The notes below the pieces were generated by a model that was not told where the DNA came from, searched no databases, and saw only the letters and a list, made by a program, of their open reading frames with translations. Below, piece by piece: positions 29,137 through 39,462 of a stretch of DNA of 64,000 nucleotides. Numbering within the stretch: position 1 is the stretch's first letter; each line of letters opens with the position of its first letter. Origin of the DNA: Ignavibacteriota bacterium (lineage in GTDB: Bacteria > Bacteroidota > Ignavibacteria > UBA10030); assembly GCA_003170475.1 (NCBI GenBank), contig PMZI01000023.1:95084-159083 (forward strand), written 5' to 3'. Made by a program: the position numbers and the translations under genes.

Positions 29137-29829
29137 TTAATCATTCAACGCGAAATCAACCGCCGCCATTGAATGAATCACCGTCGTGTTAAACAGGGGA
29201 AAGTCCACGTCCTCTTCTTTGATTAAGAGCGGTATTTCTGTGCAGCCGAGCACAACTCCTTCCGCCCCTTGCGAGCGAAGCTTCTGCATGATCTCGACGA
29301 AGCGTTTCCTTGATTCCGGAAGAAAGACACCTCTCAGCAACTCCGTGTCGATCGTTCGCTGAATGAAAATCCTCTCGTCCTTATCGGGTACAAGTGCGGT
29401 GATCCCTGCTTCGGCGAGCTTCTTCGTGTAGAAATCCAACTCCATGGTAGGGCGCGTTCCCAGCAGCCCAACCTTCTTAATGTTCTTTTTGCTGATTTCT
29501 GCGCCCGTTGTTTTCGCAATGTGAATAAGCGGAACCGAAATCTCTTTTTCCACTCGATCGGCATGCATGTGCATCGTGTTTGCGCACAGAAGAATGCAGT
29601 CGACGCCGGCAGTCTCAAGCTTTCTAGCGGCATTCAGCATAATTGAGAAAATGCCTTCTGTCTCATGCTTTTCGTTGAATCGCTGGATGTCTCCAAAATT
29701 GACAGAATAGAGAGCGCACCGGGCGAACTCCAAGCCTCCGAGCCGCCGGTTCGTCTCTTCGTTGATAATGCGGTAGTATTCCACGGTCGAGATCCAACCG
29801 GTTCCACCCACCAAGCCAATGGTCTTCAT
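29137..29829 (-). CDS. Aspartate/glutamate racemase family protein
   Basis: MKTIGLVGG.GW.ST..YY, with both catalytic Cys motifs CANTMH and LGCTEI. Confidence 0.95.
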   Translation of the reverse strand: MKTIGLVGGTGWISTVEYYRIINEETNRRLGGLEFARCALYSVNFGDIQRFNEKHETEGIFSIMLNAARKLETAGVDCILLCANTMHMHADRVEKEISVPLIHIAKTTGAEISKKNIKKVGLLGTRPTMELDFYTKKLAEAGITALVPDKDERIFIQRTIDTELLRGVFLPESRKRFVEIMQKLRSQGAEGVVLGCTEIPLLIKEEDVDFPLFNTTVIHSMAAVDFALND

Positions 29830-29925
29830 CAGTACAAGCTCCTCTTTTCCGAGAAGCTAGGCAACTTTTGGTCTTATTCCAAAACTCCTGGTTGCCGCCA
29901 TTGGGAGCGCCCGTGAGAACGATTG

Positions 29926-30180
29926 CTACTCGTGCATTGCTTCAATGTCTTGCGGAGAAAACCTCACAAGCTTGACAGCTTTTGCGTTATGGCGTTGGAC
30001 GGCCGGAACAACCATGAGTGCCTGCTTCGCGTTCTCCGCTTCCAGAACGAGCCATCCTGTATGGTCACCATCCATGCAGCCCCAGTCGAAGTGAGTGATG
30101 TAGCCGACGGAATGGATTTCCTTAAGCGCTTTGGCGCAATCACCTTCCGTGTGGGGAGAGATAACGAGGAACCGATCCAT
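29926..30180 (-). CDS. Small hypothetical protein (possible dimeric alpha+beta barrel, His/Cys-rich)
   Basis: AGGAG RBS; 84 aa with H-x4-C and WGCMDGDH. Confidence 0.75.
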   Translation of the reverse strand: MDRFLVISPHTEGDCAKALKEIHSVGYITHFDWGCMDGDHTGWLVLEAENAKQALMVVPAVQRHNAKAVKLVRFSPQDIEAMHE

Positions 30181-30232
30181 TTACTTTCTCCTTAGTGTCC
30201 GTGAAATCGATGATTGGTTCGATGAACGCGTG

Positions 30233-30532
30233 TCAACCGACGATAGAGAAAATCTCTCGATGGCCGGACTCGACAAGCGGTGTGAATTTTTGGGCCCACT
30301 CGCCAAATTCCTTCGCGCCCGTCACATCTGTAAATGATTTCTCGAAGGCAGAGAGGCTGTCGTACGTTATCTCCATGACGAACGTATAGTACTGACCTGT
30401 GACGTCGGTCAGAAAACGAATCGAACTTCCGTCGCCCATTTTCTTATGAAGAGCTTCATTTTCCTTCACCAGAGCTTTGGCTTCTTTAGCTTTTCCATAC
30501 TTGAGCTGAAAGACATTGCGAACGAGGATCAT
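30233..30532 (-). CDS. NIPSNAP-like small protein
   Basis: AAGGAG RBS; beta-alpha-beta pattern VRNVFQLKYGK...TDVTGQYYTFVME..YDSL..FE...GHREIF. Confidence 0.75.
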   Translation of the reverse strand: MILVRNVFQLKYGKAKEAKALVKENEALHKKMGDGSSIRFLTDVTGQYYTFVMEITYDSLSAFEKSFTDVTGAKEFGEWAQKFTPLVESGHREIFSIVG

Positions 30533-30642
30533 GTGAGCTCCTTTTTAATGGTGTGGGAACTGAATGTGAGGTTACTCTCGTTGATGAGCACAACACTGAA
30601 GGTGGAGGGTCCGCGGCAAAGCGCGTCCCATCGCACATTATG

Positions 30643-30670
30643 ATAACGCCGCGCCGGATTCCGGCGTTCC
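30643..30670 (-). promoter_or_regulatory. Putative ECF-sigma promoter upstream of the NIPSNAP-like gene pair
   Basis: Minus strand reads GGAACG-16 nt-CGTTAT. Confidence 0.5.
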
Positions 30671-30791
30671 CAGCTTCGGTGCGAAAGGATTTCTGGAAAA
30701 AGTGCCTATTTATCGCAACATTCATGTCCACCTTGAGTATAAACAGAGGCGTTCTGTTGTTTATCCGCCACACTTTTGTCAGGAGGTTTGC

Positions 30792-33035
30792 GTGCGGTTT
30801 TTGCGTCATTGTTGTTCCGCGTTGCTGTGTCTTCTCTCGCTGCCTGTACCATCATTCGCGTTCGTCCCAACCGACTCATCGAAGCAGATCCTCAGAGCGC
30901 TTCGCATCGACGGAGATGTTGAGATCAATGGGACGCTCTCTGACCCTCGCTGGAATCAGGCGACACCGGTTGAGATCCGCTACGAAGTCCAGCCGGGTGA
31001 AAACGCGCCCGCCCCCGTGCGAACCGTTGTCCGCGTGATGTACAATTCCGACTACGTGTATTTTGGATTCCGCTGTGAAGATCCCGACCCCTCCTCCATT
31101 CGTGCTCATATTACAGACCGCGACAAAACCTCTGACGACGACAGGGTGGGGATCATACTGGACACCTACGGGGATTTTCAACGATCGTACGAATTTATTG
31201 TTAACCCCTATGGCATCCAGGCCGATTATCTCCGGACGGGCAACAATGAAGACGGTAGTTTCGACACAGTGTGGAAATCTGCCGCTGTGATCGATGGGAC
31301 CGGCTGGACCACCGTGATTGGTCTTCCATTTAAGAGTTTGCGTTTTCCATCTCAACGCGAGCAGCGATGGACCGTGCTGTTGTTCAGAATTCTCCCTCGC
31401 GCAAGCTCCTACCAACTTTCCTGGAATCCAATAGACCGGAACAATCCATGTTTGATCTGTCAGGGGGGTGTCATCGAAGGGATCGCTGATGTGCAATCCG
31501 TCAGTTCTGTCGACGTACTTCCGTATGTCGTTGCGCAGCAGAGCGGCTCACTCGCCGACGCTTCCAATCCTCAATCCGCATTTGAGAACGGGCCCATCAA
31601 GGGCCGCGTTGGAGGAAGTATCCGGTATTCTCCCAGCCCCGATCTTGACGTTGAAGCGGTCATCAATCCCGACTTCAGCCAGGTGGAATCCGACGCCACG
31701 CAGATCAGTATCAATTCTACGTTTGCCATCAATTACCCGGAAAAAAGGCCGTTCTTTCTTGTCGGTTCGGACATGTACAACAACCAGACTGGCGCGTTCT
31801 ACTCACGGATGATCAACAATCCCATCGGGGCAGCAAGGCTTTTGGGGAAAAGCGGTTCGTTTTCGTTTGCCTACCTCGGGGCGGGCGATCGCAATACTCC
31901 GTTCATTGTTCCGGGCGAAGAGAGCAGCAATTTCATTTCAACGAATCTCGAATCGTTTTCAAACATTGCGCGGGCGCGGTATGATTTTGGCGGGGAAACG
32001 TTTATCGGCGGGATGCTCACAACGCGAAACACTGCAACGGCCCATAACTATGTCGGCGGCATCGACTGGAACTACAAGTTCCTGGACAATTACTATTTCT
32101 CCGGGGAATACTTCTATTCCGACACAAAAGAGGTCAACGATCTTGAGCTGAATTCTGATTTCCGGAAACTCGGGGACTCGGGCCGCGACGCGGCATTCAA
32201 TGGCGAGCATTTTGCCGGAACAAGCACCATTCTATCGTTTCAACGTGGAGCCCGTGACTGGAGTTTTTCATTGCGGTATATGGATCGCACGCCGACATTC
32301 GATGCCCAGAGCGGATTTGTGCCGAGCAATGACACGCGCACGCTCTTCATGGAACACGATTATTCGTTTTATCCCAACAACAGCATCATCGATCAGTGGA
32401 CCCTGAGCGCGAATGCCGGGCTCCATTTCAACCACGAAGACATCAGAAAGGAAAAGTGGTTCGTTCCCGTGCTCAGCGCGCAGTTCAAAGGTCAAATCAA
32501 CGTGACGGTGCAGTGGTTACTGGTCAACGACGAGTTGTTTCATGGCGTTCAGTTCGACAACATCAACAGAACTCAGATGTCCCTCAATGCAAGGCCTTCC
32601 AGCAGCTTGACGTTGATATTCAATGGTGCCTTCGGCCGATTTATCAGGCGATCGGACACTCCCGACATGGGGATCGGGCATACTGTCGATTTGACTGTTC
32701 GACTTCGCCCGACGTCTCAATTGCAGGTGGAATTGTTGTACTCCCGTGCCCGGCTTTCCAGCGTAGCGACAGGGGTTCTCTTTTATGACGGCTATGTTGC
32801 TCACGTCCTGGGAATGTACCAGTTTACGCCGGAGCTCTATCTTCGAGTCATCGGGCAATACGATCAATTTGCCAAATCGTTCGATGTATACCCACTTGTC
32901 AGTTACAAGCTCAATCCTTTCACAATATTCTATGCGGGATCGACGTACGCCATGTCCGATTTTGGCCAGCCGTTTGGCGTCAGGCAAACGGCTCGTCAAT
33001 ATTTTCTGAAGCTCCAGTATTTGCTGCGAAGTTGA
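30792..33035 (+). CDS. DUF5916 family outer-membrane protein with N-terminal CBM9-like domain
   Basis: AGGAGG at 30781 then GTG; IDG.L.DP.W, FIVNPYGIQAD, IGLPFKSLRF, INPDFSQVESD, YPEKRPFF and FYSRMI, with a beta-barrel-like C-terminus. Confidence 0.88.
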   Translation: MRFLRHCCSALLCLLSLPVPSFAFVPTDSSKQILRALRIDGDVEINGTLSDPRWNQATPVEIRYEVQPGENAPAPVRTVVRVMYNSDYVYFGFRCEDPDPSSIRAHITDRDKTSDDDRVGIILDTYGDFQRSYEFIVNPYGIQADYLRTGNNEDGSFDTVWKSAAVIDGTGWTTVIGLPFKSLRFPSQREQRWTVLLFRILPRASSYQLSWNPIDRNNPCLICQGGVIEGIADVQSVSSVDVLPYVVAQQSGSLADASNPQSAFENGPIKGRVGGSIRYSPSPDLDVEAVINPDFSQVESDATQISINSTFAINYPEKRPFFLVGSDMYNNQTGAFYSRMINNPIGAARLLGKSGSFSFAYLGAGDRNTPFIVPGEESSNFISTNLESFSNIARARYDFGGETFIGGMLTTRNTATAHNYVGGIDWNYKFLDNYYFSGEYFYSDTKEVNDLELNSDFRKLGDSGRDAAFNGEHFAGTSTILSFQRGARDWSFSLRYMDRTPTFDAQSGFVPSNDTRTLFMEHDYSFYPNNSIIDQWTLSANAGLHFNHEDIRKEKWFVPVLSAQFKGQINVTVQWLLVNDELFHGVQFDNINRTQMSLNARPSSSLTLIFNGAFGRFIRRSDTPDMGIGHTVDLTVRLRPTSQLQVELLYSRARLSSVATGVLFYDGYVAHVLGMYQFTPELYLRVIGQYDQFAKSFDVYPLVSYKLNPFTIFYAGSTYAMSDFGQPFGVRQTARQYFLKLQYLLRS

Positions 33036-33157
33036 CGGGGTAAAGTTCTTTCCAATTCTTCGATGGGTTTGCCCCCTTTTCTTTCTAGCTTAATGAAGAT
33101 GCTGCCAATTCTTTCGGCGATTCCTTTTGCTCGCCCGAGCGGGGAGCGCATCCACTC

Positions 33158-33188
33158 TTGCAACTGCACTCGTCGTGTCGTATATTTG
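33158..33188 (+). promoter_or_regulatory. Housekeeping promoter for tRNA-Gly
   Basis: TTGCAA, 17 nt spacer, TATATT(TG). Confidence 0.6.
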
Positions 33189-33230
33189 AATCGCAACGAT
33201 GCTTCAAGGGTGTTGTTGTTCACATTCGAT

Positions 33231-33302
<72 letters not shown>

Positions 33303-33310
33303 CTCAAGGC

Positions 33311-33349
33311 ACACAGGGTTAGCGATTTCTGCTAACCCTGATGTGTTTT
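33311..33349 (+). terminator. Rho-independent terminator after the tRNA
   Basis: CAGGGTTAGC-gatttct-GCTAACCCTG stem followed by ATGTGTTTT. Confidence 0.75.
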
Positions 33350-33636
33350 GAGGATCCCGGCGTCTTTTGTCGGGATCTGAACCCCATTTATTTCTGGAAT
33401 AACGCGAGCGTGCGCTGTTTGCTGGCGCGTTTGGTGTTTAGGGGGCCTTCGTCGGCATATGACCGAGCTGAGCGTCGTCGAGTTGTTGGGTGCCCTCCCC
33501 CCGCGGGGGTGTCGGTCGGCGATCTTCTCACCATGCGCCTTCTCGTCCCACCCTCCTTGCTTTCGAACCACACTCTGGCTATTTTCAACCCGCACTCTCC
33601 TTTCGATTTTTCAACACCATCTCTCTTGAGGAACCC

Positions 33637-36600
33637 ATGAAGACTCGATTCGCCCTCATCACTGTCCTGGCAATCACAGGTTTTATCACAATGGCGTTCG
33701 CCCAGCAAGAAGCCCGCCTTCTGCGTTTCCCTGCCATTCATGGAAACCAGATTGCGTTCACCTACGCTGGCGATCTGTACTCTGTCTCCGCAACTGGAGG
33801 CGTAGCCAGAAAGCTGACGAACGATGTTGGCTTTGAAATGTTCGCCCGCTTCTCTCCCGACGGGAAGCAGGTTGCTTTCACGGCCCAGTACGACGGAAAT
33901 ACGGAAGTCTACCTCATGCCGTCAGAAGGAGGGGTTCCAAAGCGTCTGACTTTTACAGCGACGCTCGGTCGCGATGATGTCTCCGACAGGATGGGACCAA
34001 ACAACATCGTCATGGGGTGGAAAGACAATGATCATATCGTTTTCCGCTCGAGACGAATCGAATGGAATGACTTCAAAGGGCAGCTTTATCTCGTCTCCAA
34101 AACGGGAGGCCCGATTGAGCAACTCCCGCTTCCACGCGGCGGATTCTGTTCGTACTCACCCGACGGCAAAAAGCTGGCGTACAATCGGGTCTTTCGCGAG
34201 TTTCGCACGTGGAAACGATACCGCGGCGGGCAGGCTGATGATGTCTGGATCTATGACTTCGACACGAAGCAAACCATCAACATCACGAACGATCCCTCGC
34301 AGGATATTTTTCCTATGTGGAGTGGGAACACAATCTATTTTCTCTCCGACCGCGACGAGCTCAAGAAGCTCAACCTTTATGCATACGACATCACATCGAA
34401 AGCTACCCGAAAAATAACGGATTTCAAGGAATATGATGTGAAATTTCCCTCGTTGGGTGACAATGCAATCGTGTTTGAGAATGGCGGATTCATTTACCGA
34501 TTTGATTTTTCCACCGGAAAGTCCGAAAAGGTCTCCATCTTTTTAGACGAGGATCTTAACGGTGGACGCGGTGGGCTGACGGATGTCAGCAAGACGGTTT
34601 CGAATTACGAAGTCTCTCCCGACGGCAATCGGGCCCTCTTCGGTGCTCGCGGCGACATCTTTACCGTTCCCGCCAAATATGGAAACATTCGAAATCTTAC
34701 GAAGACACCGGGGATTCACGAGCGGAACTCGAAGTGGTCTCCCGACGGAAAGTGGATCGCATACATCTCCGACGCTTCCGGCGAAGATGAGATTTATATC
34801 ATGCCGCAGGATGGCGGCGCTCCGGGAACGCGTGTAACCTCGAACGGTGATGTTTACAAGTATGATATCCTCTGGTCCCCGGACAGCAAGAAGCTTCTGT
34901 GGGCCGACAAGAAACTTCGCTTGCAGTACGTTGACGTCGAATCGAAAAAGATAACGCAGATTGCCGAGGCAACGGCATTCGAATTTTCCGATTACGCCTG
35001 GTCACCCGACAGCCGCTGGGTTACTTATGCGAAGTCCGAACAAGAGTCAATGACCAAGATCTACCTCTACTCCCTCGGCAGCACTCAGACGACAGCGGTG
35101 ACCGACGGGTGGTTCTCTTCATATGCACCATCCTTCAGCGCCGACGGAAAGTACTTGTTCTTTGTCTCTAACCGCTCTTTCACCCCTTCCTACAGCCAGA
35201 CAGAATTCAACAACGCCTATTTCGACATGGGGAAAATCTATCTGGTGACGCTTGCCAAGGAGATCCGTTCCCCCTTTGAGCCGAAGAGCGACGAGGTGAA
35301 GATAAAAGAAGAAAAGGCGGGGAAGGAGCCCGAAAAGGCTGCGCCCAAGAAAGAGGAGAAAAAGGAAGTTGTGGCAAAGGTCGATGCAGAAGGAATTCAG
35401 GGCCGCATCGCCGTGCTTCCCATTTCGGCCTCCAGCTATCGCGACGTGCAGTCGGTCGGAGAGAAGCTTTACTATGTTCGCCGAGGAACCAAGGACGAAA
35501 AGTCGAAGCTGATGATGTATGATTTCGAGAAGCTGAAGGAGACCGAACTCGGGGACATCGGCGGATACGAAATCTCAGCCGATGGCAAAAAAATGCTCGT
35601 CAGTCAGGAGGGGGCGTATGCGATTATTGATCTCCCCTCCGCGAAAATCGAAATCAAGGAGAAGTTGAATCTCGGCGATATGAAGGTGACGCTCGATCGA
35701 CACGCAGAGTGGTCACAGATCTTCAACGAGTGCTGGAGACAGATGCGCGACTTCTTCTTTGCCCCGAACATGCACGGCGTCGATTGGCCCGCCATCAAGA
35801 AAAGATACGAGGTCCTCGTTCCTTACGTGTCGCATCGGGCTGACCTTACCTATATTATCGGCGAAATGATCAGCGAGCTCAGCACCGGTCATACCTATGT
35901 CGGCGGCGGAGATATGCCGCGACCGGACCGCGTTCAGCTTGGACTGCTCGGTGCTCAGATCGATCGCGATGCGGCGACGAAGTATTTCCGAATTACAAAG
36001 ATCCTCAAAGGACAGAACTGGGACCCGGCTGTTCGTTCACCGCTGACGGAGATGGGGGTGGTTGTGAAAGAGGGTGACTATATTCTTGCCGTCGATGGCG
36101 AGCCAACAAGCCAGATGAATGATTTCTACGAATCGCTCGTTAATAAGGCTGGAAAGCAGGTGAGGCTAAAGGTCAATAGCACGGTGAAAGAAGCCAGTGC
36201 GCACGAAACGGTCGTTGTTCCTACCGCCAATGAACAGTCACTCTATTATTATGAATGGGTCCAGACAAACCTGGAGAAGGTATCGAAAGCCACGGATGGC
36301 AAGGTCGGCTATGTGCATGTTCCCGATATGGGTGTTCCGGGCTTGAACGAATTTGTAAAGTACTACTACCCGCAACTGCGCAAGCAGGCTTTAATCGTTG
36401 ACTGCCGCGGAAACGGCGGCGGCAACGTGTCGCCCATGATCATCGAACGTCTGCGTCGGGAAATCGCGATGATTGACATTGCGCGCAACACCAGTCCGTC
36501 AATCGATCCTGGTGGAACCATGATGGGACCCAAAGTTCTCCTGATCGATGAGTTCTCCGCCTCCGACGGCGACATCGTCGGGTATCGGTTCAAACAATAC

Positions 36601-36906
36601 AAGCTCGGCAAGGTTATCGGCAAGAGGTCCTGGGGCGGGGTGGTAGGAATCCGCGGCACGCTTCCGTTGCTTGACGGCGGATTCCTCAACAAGCCCGAGT
36701 TCTCACGCTATGACATTGAAGGGAAGGAATGGATCATGGAGGGGCACGGTGTTGATCCGGACATTGTGGTCGATAACGATCCGGCAAAAGAGTTTGCCGG
36801 CGAGGATCAACAGCTTGAAAAGGCCATCCAGGTGATCCTTGATGAATTGAAGGCCAATCCGGTGAAGCTTGCTCCGCCTCCGCCGTATCCGGACAAACAC
36901 AAGTAA
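33637..36906 (+). CDS. Tricorn protease homologue (S41), secreted
   Basis: Signal peptide, LLRFPAIHG, PD40-type FSPDGK/WSPD repeats, WKRYRGG, PDZ (YILAVDG), GYVHVPDM, RGNGGGNVS and catalytic SASDGD. Confidence 0.95.
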   Translation: MKTRFALITVLAITGFITMAFAQQEARLLRFPAIHGNQIAFTYAGDLYSVSATGGVARKLTNDVGFEMFARFSPDGKQVAFTAQYDGNTEVYLMPSEGGVPKRLTFTATLGRDDVSDRMGPNNIVMGWKDNDHIVFRSRRIEWNDFKGQLYLVSKTGGPIEQLPLPRGGFCSYSPDGKKLAYNRVFREFRTWKRYRGGQADDVWIYDFDTKQTINITNDPSQDIFPMWSGNTIYFLSDRDELKKLNLYAYDITSKATRKITDFKEYDVKFPSLGDNAIVFENGGFIYRFDFSTGKSEKVSIFLDEDLNGGRGGLTDVSKTVSNYEVSPDGNRALFGARGDIFTVPAKYGNIRNLTKTPGIHERNSKWSPDGKWIAYISDASGEDEIYIMPQDGGAPGTRVTSNGDVYKYDILWSPDSKKLLWADKKLRLQYVDVESKKITQIAEATAFEFSDYAWSPDSRWVTYAKSEQESMTKIYLYSLGSTQTTAVTDGWFSSYAPSFSADGKYLFFVSNRSFTPSYSQTEFNNAYFDMGKIYLVTLAKEIRSPFEPKSDEVKIKEEKAGKEPEKAAPKKEEKKEVVAKVDAEGIQGRIAVLPISASSYRDVQSVGEKLYYVRRGTKDEKSKLMMYDFEKLKETELGDIGGYEISADGKKMLVSQEGAYAIIDLPSAKIEIKEKLNLGDMKVTLDRHAEWSQIFNECWRQMRDFFFAPNMHGVDWPAIKKRYEVLVPYVSHRADLTYIIGEMISELSTGHTYVGGGDMPRPDRVQLGLLGAQIDRDAATKYFRITKILKGQNWDPAVRSPLTEMGVVVKEGDYILAVDGEPTSQMNDFYESLVNKAGKQVRLKVNSTVKEASAHETVVVPTANEQSLYYYEWVQTNLEKVSKATDGKVGYVHVPDMGVPGLNEFVKYYYPQLRKQALIVDCRGNGGGNVSPMIIERLRREIAMIDIARNTSPSIDPGGTMMGPKVLLIDEFSASDGDIVGYRFKQYKLGKVIGKRSWGGVVGIRGTLPLLDGGFLNKPEFSRYDIEGKEWIMEGHGVDPDIVVDNDPAKEFAGEDQQLEKAIQVILDELKANPVKLAPPPPYPDKHK

Positions 36907-36955
36907 GGGAATGAAGATGTAGGTTTGTCTCCCGCGGGGTGATGCATCAAACGAA

Positions 36956-38104
36956 TTAGAAAACGAACAGTGCGTTGAATTGCAGTGTCGTTTGTGAATT
37001 CGTCGCCGTTGCCCTCCCCTCGAAGACATTATGGTCCGACCAGTCTTTCCGCGCTTCGATGCGGAAGACAAGATTTTTCGAGAGGCGATACTCCGGTGTG
37101 AGCGTTGCTTCATTCAGGGTCTGTGCCACGCCGGTCCGGACGCCTTGAGGATCTTCGAATTGTTCTGCGCGGGCTGAAATGGAGAATTGTGGCAGCATGT
37201 CGAACCGCAGGTAAGCGGCAATCCCACTCCATCGAGCTTTGTCGTAGAGTGGTGTTGGGTTCTTTTCCGTCGCGTAGTCGAGATTCAGGCCCGCCGTCCA
37301 TTTTCCAGCCAACGGGCCCGAGAGAGCGATGTCGCCCAGAATTCTGCTGTTGGAGGTATTGTCGGATTGTTCCGAGCCGGCTACAACACTCGCATAGAAC
37401 TTCCATCCCGACCCCGGTGTGAAGGCAAGTTGCCCACCGAGAGTTTTTGATGTGTTGTTATCGATCGCATTATCCCATCCGTTAACCACCATAAGCGTCA
37501 TAGCGAGCCGATCCGAAAATGCGTACGAGGCGCGCACGCCGGTATGCGTAAACGGAATCGCGTATCCAAAGAGGAATGACCGGGAGGCATTGTCGTTGTA
37601 GCCGTCGTAACCCTCGATGATTTCCAGCCCGCACGGAGTGACAAATTTGCCAAGATCCAGCGTAATTCCGCCCTGCCATGGAACAACGTAACGAATGTAC
37701 ATCTGATGGAAATCCAGGTCACCCATATCCATTCCGCTTGAACGCGCAACCTTCGGCACCGACGATCCCGCTGTCAGGTGGGCACAGAACCCGACCTCAC
37801 CTTGCTTCAAGGCCGGCTTCTCGAGAGCAATCTCGAGCACGTCGACAATGAATGTGTTGTCTTCTACATCGAAGACGCGGTAGAGGTTCTTCCTGGAATC
37901 CGGTGCATTCAGATTGTAGGAGTACCGAAAGGAAAGAAAGCTATTGAGGGTGATATCCTCAAACCATGGACGATGCGACTGCTCCAGAGTGGCAACACCC
38001 GCGCTATCCTGTCCCCAAAGAGTCGGGGGCGACGCCATTGCCGCCCCCAAAAACAGGATCGCTCCTATGAAGCAAGCGTGTGATCTTAACCGCAGAGATA
38101 TCAT
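36956..38104 (-). CDS. Outer-membrane porin (putative beta-barrel porin-2 / OmpL-like family)
   Basis: Signal peptide, LGKFVTPCGLEII...N.SRSFLF.YAIPFTHTGVR, NGWD and terminal Phe; starts 16 bp after the amt stop. Confidence 0.85.
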   Translation of the reverse strand: MISLRLRSHACFIGAILFLGAAMASPPTLWGQDSAGVATLEQSHRPWFEDITLNSFLSFRYSYNLNAPDSRKNLYRVFDVEDNTFIVDVLEIALEKPALKQGEVGFCAHLTAGSSVPKVARSSGMDMGDLDFHQMYIRYVVPWQGGITLDLGKFVTPCGLEIIEGYDGYNDNASRSFLFGYAIPFTHTGVRASYAFSDRLAMTLMVVNGWDNAIDNNTSKTLGGQLAFTPGSGWKFYASVVAGSEQSDNTSNSRILGDIALSGPLAGKWTAGLNLDYATEKNPTPLYDKARWSGIAAYLRFDMLPQFSISARAEQFEDPQGVRTGVAQTLNEATLTPEYRLSKNLVFRIEARKDWSDHNVFEGRATATNSQTTLQFNALFVF

Positions 38105-38120
38105 GACTTCGGTTTCTTCT

Positions 38121-39332
38121 CTACAAGTAGGCTTGCTCGCCGAGTTCGCTCTCGTCGAGTCCGGCCTCTTCTGTTTCAATACTCACTTTCACCGCTGTGA
38201 CCTTATTGATAAGCCAGAGCGCGGCGTAGGTGAATAGGAACGAATAGAGGGCTGCGAGCACGACAGCAATCGTCTCCTTGAAGAAGAAAACGGAGTTTCC
38301 CAACAGGAGACCATCTGAGCCGGAAGGGTTCATCGTCAGGTCGGCGAATATCCCCAGCGCAATCACACCCAAGAAGCCTCCCACACCATGGACCCCCCAA
38401 ACATCCAATGCGTCATCCCATTGGAGTTTGTTTTTCATGTAGATTGCAAAGTAGCAGACAAGGCTTGCGATGATGCCTATCGTAACGGCGCTTGCTGTCG
38501 ACACGTATCCGGCCGCAGGCGTGACTGCTGCAAGTCCGGCTATGGATCCCGTCAACAAACCGACAAATTTTGGTTTCTTCTCGAAGGCCCAGGCCACAAT
38601 CAACCATGTGATCGCAGCGAACGAAGCAGCTACGTCGGTATTGATGAACGCGAGTGCCGTGACAGCATCCACGCGCAACTCGCTGCCGGCATTGAATCCA
38701 TACCATCCGAACCAGAGAAGTCCCGTGCCAAGAGCGACGAGCGGGATGCTGTGTGGACCCTTGTCTTGCACGCGACGTTTCCCAACAAAGAACACGGCCG
38801 CCAGAGCAGAAAATCCGGCGATTGCATGGACAACGATACCGCCCGCAAAATCCAGGACGCCCCATTTTGCCATCAACCCGCCACCCCAGACCATATGAGC
38901 GAAGGGGAAATAGACAAACACGAGCCAGAGCACCAGGAAAATCAAATACGCTTGAAAACGAACACGATTGCTGAACGCTCCGGTGATGAGAGCGGGAGTG
39001 ATCTGGGCAAACATCATCTGATACGCCATGAAGACCCAGAGGGGGATACTGTTGGATCCCGAAAACGCCGTCGTGAGATTGACACCGCTCAGGAACATGT
39101 ACTTCAGGTCGCCAATGATTGCGCCCTCTCCACCACTGAAGCAAAGGGAATAGCCGAAAGTGAACCAAAGAACCGTCGTTACCCCCATCGAGACGAAACT
39201 CTGGATCATGATCGCAAGAACGTTTTTCCTGCCCACCAGACCACCATAGAAGAATGCAAGACCCGGAGTCATTAACATCACCAGGCTGGTGGCCACAAGC
39301 ATGAAGCCGGTACTTCCAGTGTCGAATGACAT
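38121..39332 (-). CDS. amt: Ammonium transporter (Amt family)
   Basis: LMTPGLAFFYGG, ITPALITGA, DFAGGIVVH, LLWFGWYGFNAGS, DDALDVWGVHG (twin His present) and C-tail GLD..E.GEQAY. Confidence 0.97.
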   Translation of the reverse strand: MSFDTGSTGFMLVATSLVMLMTPGLAFFYGGLVGRKNVLAIMIQSFVSMGVTTVLWFTFGYSLCFSGGEGAIIGDLKYMFLSGVNLTTAFSGSNSIPLWVFMAYQMMFAQITPALITGAFSNRVRFQAYLIFLVLWLVFVYFPFAHMVWGGGLMAKWGVLDFAGGIVVHAIAGFSALAAVFFVGKRRVQDKGPHSIPLVALGTGLLWFGWYGFNAGSELRVDAVTALAFINTDVAASFAAITWLIVAWAFEKKPKFVGLLTGSIAGLAAVTPAAGYVSTASAVTIGIIASLVCYFAIYMKNKLQWDDALDVWGVHGVGGFLGVIALGIFADLTMNPSGSDGLLLGNSVFFFKETIAVVLAALYSFLFTYAALWLINKVTAVKVSIETEEAGLDESELGEQAYL

Positions 39333-39462
39333 AGGTAGATCCCTTTCATCAAGATCGTTTGAGAAGACCTGTTCTCGCGAGCAGCATGTTCATGCATATC
39401 GCGATCGCGAGGTCGTTGCGGGAACAGGCCGATGCAGAGCGGCGGATCCCGCGTACGATTTC

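Noticed and set aside
33490-33636. Long N-terminal extensions in the ORF track (also starts 4826, 11859, 21033, 30702, 38179, 56718)
   Set aside because: Downstream starts have better RBSs or place signal peptides at the N-terminus, and several extensions overlap neighbouring genes or promoters.
39333-39460. CsrB/RsmY-like sRNA downstream of the GacA-like boxes
   Set aside because: Only two GGA motifs on the minus strand and no terminator before amt; it reads better as the amt leader.
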